DNA of 64,000 nucleotides, from NCBI GenBank assembly GCA_030264375.1, contig JASCQW010000128.1, forward strand, positions 7,579,875-7,643,874, in the 5' to 3' direction. The position numbers and the translations under genes were made by a program. The notes beneath the pieces were generated by a model. It was not told the DNA's origin. It saw only the letters and a program-made list of their open reading frames with translations, and searched no databases. The stretch is from Carcharhinus longimanus (Eukaryota). Positions 61,325 through 64,000 of the stretch are shown here, piece after piece (position 1 is the stretch's first letter; each line of letters starts with the position of its first letter).

Positions 61325-61850
61325 GATATGATTTGATATAATTTGATTTGATTTATTATTGTCACATGTATTAGTATACAATGAAAAGTATTGTTTCTTG
61401 CATACTATGCAGACAAAGCATACTGTTCATAGAAAAGGAAAGGATGCAGAGTGTAATGTTACAGTCATAACTAGGGTGTAGAGAAAGATCAACTTAGTGT
61501 GAGGTACGTCCATTCAAAAATCTGATGGCAGCAGGGAAGAAGCTGTTCTTGAATTGGTTGGTACAGGTGGAAGTGAGTATGTCCAGGGTGCGTGAGGTCC
61601 TTAATTCTGCTGGCTGCTTTTTCAAGAAGCGAGAAGTATGGACAGGGTCAATGGATGGGAGCTTGGTTTGAGTGATGGACTGGGCTTCATTCATGACACT
61701 TTGTAGTTTCTTGCGGCCTTGGACAGAACAGGAGCCATTCCAAGGTGCGATATTTCCAGAAAGAATGCTTTCTATGGTGCATCTGTGAAAGAGTCATAGC
61801 TGACATGTCAAATTTCCTTAGCCTCCTGAGAAAGTAGAGGCATTGTACAC
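61325..61850 (-). mobile_element. Rex1/Babar LINE ORF C-terminus and 3' UTR
   Basis: LYFLRRLRKF, AQSITQTKLPSID, FKNSFFPAAIRFLN; (GATTT)n tail. Confidence 0.88.
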
Positions 61851-63429
61851 GTAATAGATGGTCAGACAAGAGACAGAATTCTGCCTTCCCAAATCCAATT
61901 TGAACATGAGATGCTGAGTGAAATGTAACCATATATTAAAAATATCCTGTTAGTTACATTATAAAACATATTGTTGATTAAAAAGTTTAATGACAAAAGT
62001 CATTGCGGGAGAAATTGACTTTTGTGAGGAACCAGCTTGGAATAGGCAATGTGTTCAAAACTCATACTTCATGAAACTGGGTCTTTGGCCTCACCTCCAT
62101 AATTCTGACAAGGTGTTAATGCCAATTGAGTATCTCTTGGAATTCACTACTCTGACATGTCCAGATATCTGTCAGCTCAAATACCAAGTAACATCAACCT
62201 CATCCCACTTACTATCTGTTGTGGGGAAGTTATTGCCAACACCGAGGGTGAAGGGAGGGGGAGAGGGCAGCTTTGAAGCTTCTCACCCCCACAATGGTTG
62301 GGAGAGGATCAGGCATTAAATTCATGAAAACACAAACATAACCCAAGATAAAAGCATCTCCTTTTTATTTAGCTGTAGATGAAAGTAACTTCTTTAGAGA
62401 GAATGATTCTAATACTTAGATTAGGATCCTTTAATGGATTTGAATTTAATGCCTCCTGTACAAGTTCAAAAAATTCATTAAACTGGAGGGCAAACATTTC
62501 ACCATAGGTAAACCATGATAGTGGATGTGCAGTGGTATGCCCGCTGGCCTCCCCAATGCATACTGCCTCCCAATCTCCCCTCCCCGCCCCGCCCCACAAC
62601 TTGGTGTGTGTGTACAGGGCCCATCACTTAATGCACGGCCCTTGGTTCTTACCCCTAGGGAATCCTGAGGGCCACTAGATGTCTCCAATATTGTTAAATC
62701 AAGGACTTTCAACCGTTGACAGCTCCCAAATCCATTCATTCACTGTTTCCCACAATGCTCTCCGACTCCCGTGATCCTACCCTTTCTTGAGCACTGTGGA
62801 TCTCCAGGCAGTCTGTGTTGAAGGTTCCTGTCTCTCAGTTTACAAGCCATCGAACATGCCAACCTTCATTGCTCGTATTAAATCGCTGAGTACTGAGGTG
62901 TCTTCTCAGTAACTACTTCACAGTCAGGAGTCAGAAAACACAGATCTTTATTCAATCTACTCAGTCCAGACTCCAAACATAGATTGCCCACCCTGGGCAG
63001 ATCCCGACAACCCACTCCACAACACAACACATAAAGAGGCTATGTCCCAGCATTCTTAACCAATGTTGATACCCATCTGTCACACGGAGTTGGGAGAGGC
63101 TCATATGGGGTCTTGGCCATTGTGGGTGAGAGTAAGGGAGTTCAGCTCAGTGAGAAGGCGCTCACAACTGTGATGACCATCAGTGATATGTTCCAAGTCT
63201 TGAATGGGCAATGGATCAGGGCATTGACTGGACTCCTTAGTGTTAATATTCTGTTTCCTCCTATTTAGTATTGCATTTATATAATCATGGAGCCCTTGGA
63301 GTTGGGAGCAATCCTGTTAGCAGTGGCAGGAGAGACAATGCCAGTGTCATTGTGTAGCTGTATGGAGGCAGGAGCAGCACCCTGAGGAGGAAGGGGTGGC
63401 AGGACTTGCTTAGCTGCTAGAGTCAACAG

Positions 63430-63920
63430 GGGTGTTGCTTGGAGGCAACAATACTGGGCCAGAGTCTCCCAATGGCAGATGACTGAGACCCAGTACAGGC
63501 AGAGACTGCCTATGTTCTGAGGGATGGCCAACCACCAGATTATGCAGGAGTTGACGCCACATAGGCTGGGAAGTCATCCACTGCCTGTCACCCAGAAGGT
63601 GACAACGGCCCTGAAACTCTACGCTATTAGCTCCTTTCAGAGCTACACAAGTGGCTACTGCAGAATCTCCCAGTCCACTGCACGTAAATGCATTAGGGAG
63701 ATGACCGATGTGCTCTTTGCAAGGGCACATCGCTACTTTGACTTTGACTAGGACCATGTTAGCTAAGATGTCAGAATTGTGGCGTTCACACACATTGCTG
63801 GATTCCTCCGGGCGCAAAGAGTAATTGACTGCATGCATGTGACTCTATGGTCCCCATGGTGTCATGGTGCCTCACTCATGAACCGCATGGATTACCAGGA
63901 TCACACCAGCATCGCTGCAT
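63430..63920 (+). mobile_element. PIF/Harbinger DDE transposase remnant (HARBI1-like)
   Basis: QMTETQYRQRL..HPLPVTQKVTTALKLYAISSFQ..ISQSTARKCIREMTDVLF..IAGF...RVIDCMHV (first catalytic Asp)..MNR; contains stops. Confidence 0.85.
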
Positions 63921-64000
63921 CATGATAATGTGAGGGAAGCTCAACCATTCAGCTGAAATCCTTGAAGAAAGGAGATGGAGGAGGTACCATCAGAGGCCAT

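Noticed and set aside
63524-63751. Host HARBI1 gene
   Set aside because: In-frame stops and frameshifts and a divergent sequence indicate a dead transposon copy, not the conserved domesticated gene.

Overview
Repeat-dense vertebrate genomic DNA, almost certainly elasmobranch (shark), judged from about 27 copies of the HE1 V-SINE. It has about 10 assembly N-gaps and reads as a large intron or gene desert. I recognise no host protein-coding gene, rRNA or CRISPR array, and most ORFs in the track are translations of SINE/LINE/DNA-transposon remnants or N-runs. Contents: HE1 SINEs with two different 3' tails (CR1-type and Rex1/Babar-type), Deu-domain (SacSINE1-like) SINEs, CR1, L2 and Rex1/Babar LINE fragments, a decayed Gypsy pol, PIF/Harbinger remnants (transposase, Myb/SANT partner ORFs, non-autonomous copies and MITEs) and a CpG-decayed tRNA-Asp copy. 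The most interesting signal is three families of Penelope-like terminal-repeat fragments carrying degenerate minimal hammerhead ribozymes. Several copies begin at the predicted self-cleavage site, and one is a fold-back hairpin with a 16-bp target-site duplication. Family names come from recall of consensus sequences, not a database search, and repeat boundaries are approximate (about +/-20 bp) unless TSDs or TIRs are quoted.
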